Made by a program: the position numbers and the translations under genes | The notes under the pieces: generated by a model | What the model was told of the DNA's origin: nothing | The model's input: the letters and a program-made list of their open reading frames with translations, nothing else | Database searches by the model: none | Part shown: one piece after another, positions 63,609 through 64,000 of the stretch | How positions within the stretch are numbered: position 1 is the first letter of the stretch | Layout: each line of letters begins with the position of its first letter | Source: Basidiobolus meristosporus CBS 931.73 | Taxonomy: Eukaryota > Fungi > Basidiobolomycota | Assembly (NCBI GenBank): GCA_002104905.1 | Contig: MCFE01000360.1 | Span: 23,341 to 87,340, forward strand | Length of the DNA: 64,000 nucleotides | Direction: 5' to 3'

Positions 63609-64000
63609 TCCTTTCTGTCTGAGTGTTCTTTAACTTCCTTCTTAGTAGTGTCTGCTGGTGTGGAGGTTCAAAAGCATCCTGAATTTCCGACACAAACTCA
63701 TCCCAGGTAGAGATTGTAGAGCATCCCATCATAGTAGCTGACCTGATCTTGTTGTGGTACCACTGTAAAGCTGCATCTGCCAGGTAAGAAGCTGCATAAT
63801 GCAACTTGCTCTCTGGAGCAATTCCTTTAGCTTTAAAAGCTTCTTCAATCTGAAAGAGCCAAGTTCCCAGGTTTTCATTGACTCTGCCATGGTACCGGTT
63901 GACCTTCACACTAAAGTTGCTCTTGATAGGGCTTTGCTGGCTCTGAGCCATGGTAGTCATTCCTTGTTGCTGTTGGCTGAGGATCTGGAGTAGCTGTTGC
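63586..64000 (-). CDS. Gag N-terminal part of Gypsy C, out of frame with the rest by one inserted base
   Basis: [12 protein letters not shown]...[14 protein letters not shown]; aagaacactc versus aagacactc (A) and aagaaactc (B). Confidence 0.85.
   Translation of the reverse strand, partial: QQLLQILSQQQQGMTTMAQSQQSPIKSNFSVKVNRYHGRVNENLGTWLFQIEEAFKAKGIAPESKLHYAASYLADAALQWYHNKIRSATMMGCSTISTWDEFVSEIQDAFEPPHQQTLLRRKLKNTQTERNGARIHL

Larger units (their letters stand above)
30600..64000. other. CpG-depleted nested transposon block (heterochromatin-like)
   Basis: CG dinucleotides almost vanish after about 30,600 while TG/CA are abundant; only TE relics and repeats were recognised here. Confidence 0.9.
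59541..64000 (-). mobile_element. Ty3/Gypsy LTR retrotransposon, copy C (near-intact; 5' end outside the window)
   Basis: 3' LTR 59541-59908, PPT 59909-59920, uninterrupted 1229-aa ORF; gag start lies beyond 64000. Confidence 0.97.

Noticed and set aside
63586-63632. Programmed ribosomal frameshift in gag of copy C
   Set aside because: A and B are continuous at this site and there is no slippery heptamer; it is a private insertion or an error.
39967-63993. Recurrent small ORFs (MQLAFWSNS..., MKLATSCSL..., MTMKKTYRL...) in all Gypsy copies
   Set aside because: Antisense or alternate-frame shadows of gag-pol, repeated only because the elements are near-identical.
30600-64000. Classical RIP as the cause of TE decay
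   Set aside because: CpA is abundant and the observed changes are centred on CpG.

Overview
Eukaryotic genomic DNA, most likely an early-diverging fungus (inferred from short 43-100 nt GT-AG introns, plant-type PEX22, a LEA_2 membrane protein and a LysP-like permease). The window has two very different halves. Positions ~1-30,300 are gene-dense with normal CpG content: amino-acid permease, CIA30-domain protein, BRL1/BRR6, PEX22, homeobox factor, PY-motif membrane protein, LEA_2 protein, BTB-like protein, F-box/LRR protein, small GPI-anchored protein and PFK-2/FBPase-2, plus several multi-exon regions I could not resolve (~7.0-7.7, 11.8-13.4, 16.1-19.4, 20.4-22.8, 24.7-25.4 kb). From ~30,600 to the end is a strongly CpG-depleted, nested transposon block. 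It holds three copies of one compact Ty3/Gypsy family (368-bp LTRs, 4-bp TSDs): two are degenerate and share the same frameshift despite different insertion sites, and one has a near-intact pol. It also holds an old Ty1/Copia relic missing both catalytic cores, three CACTA/EnSpm-like transposase relics, a PIF/Harbinger relic, two unclassified repeat families in inverted pairs and two very AT-rich islands. All alignments, intron calls and difference counts were made by eye. No tRNA, rRNA or CRISPR feature could be supported.
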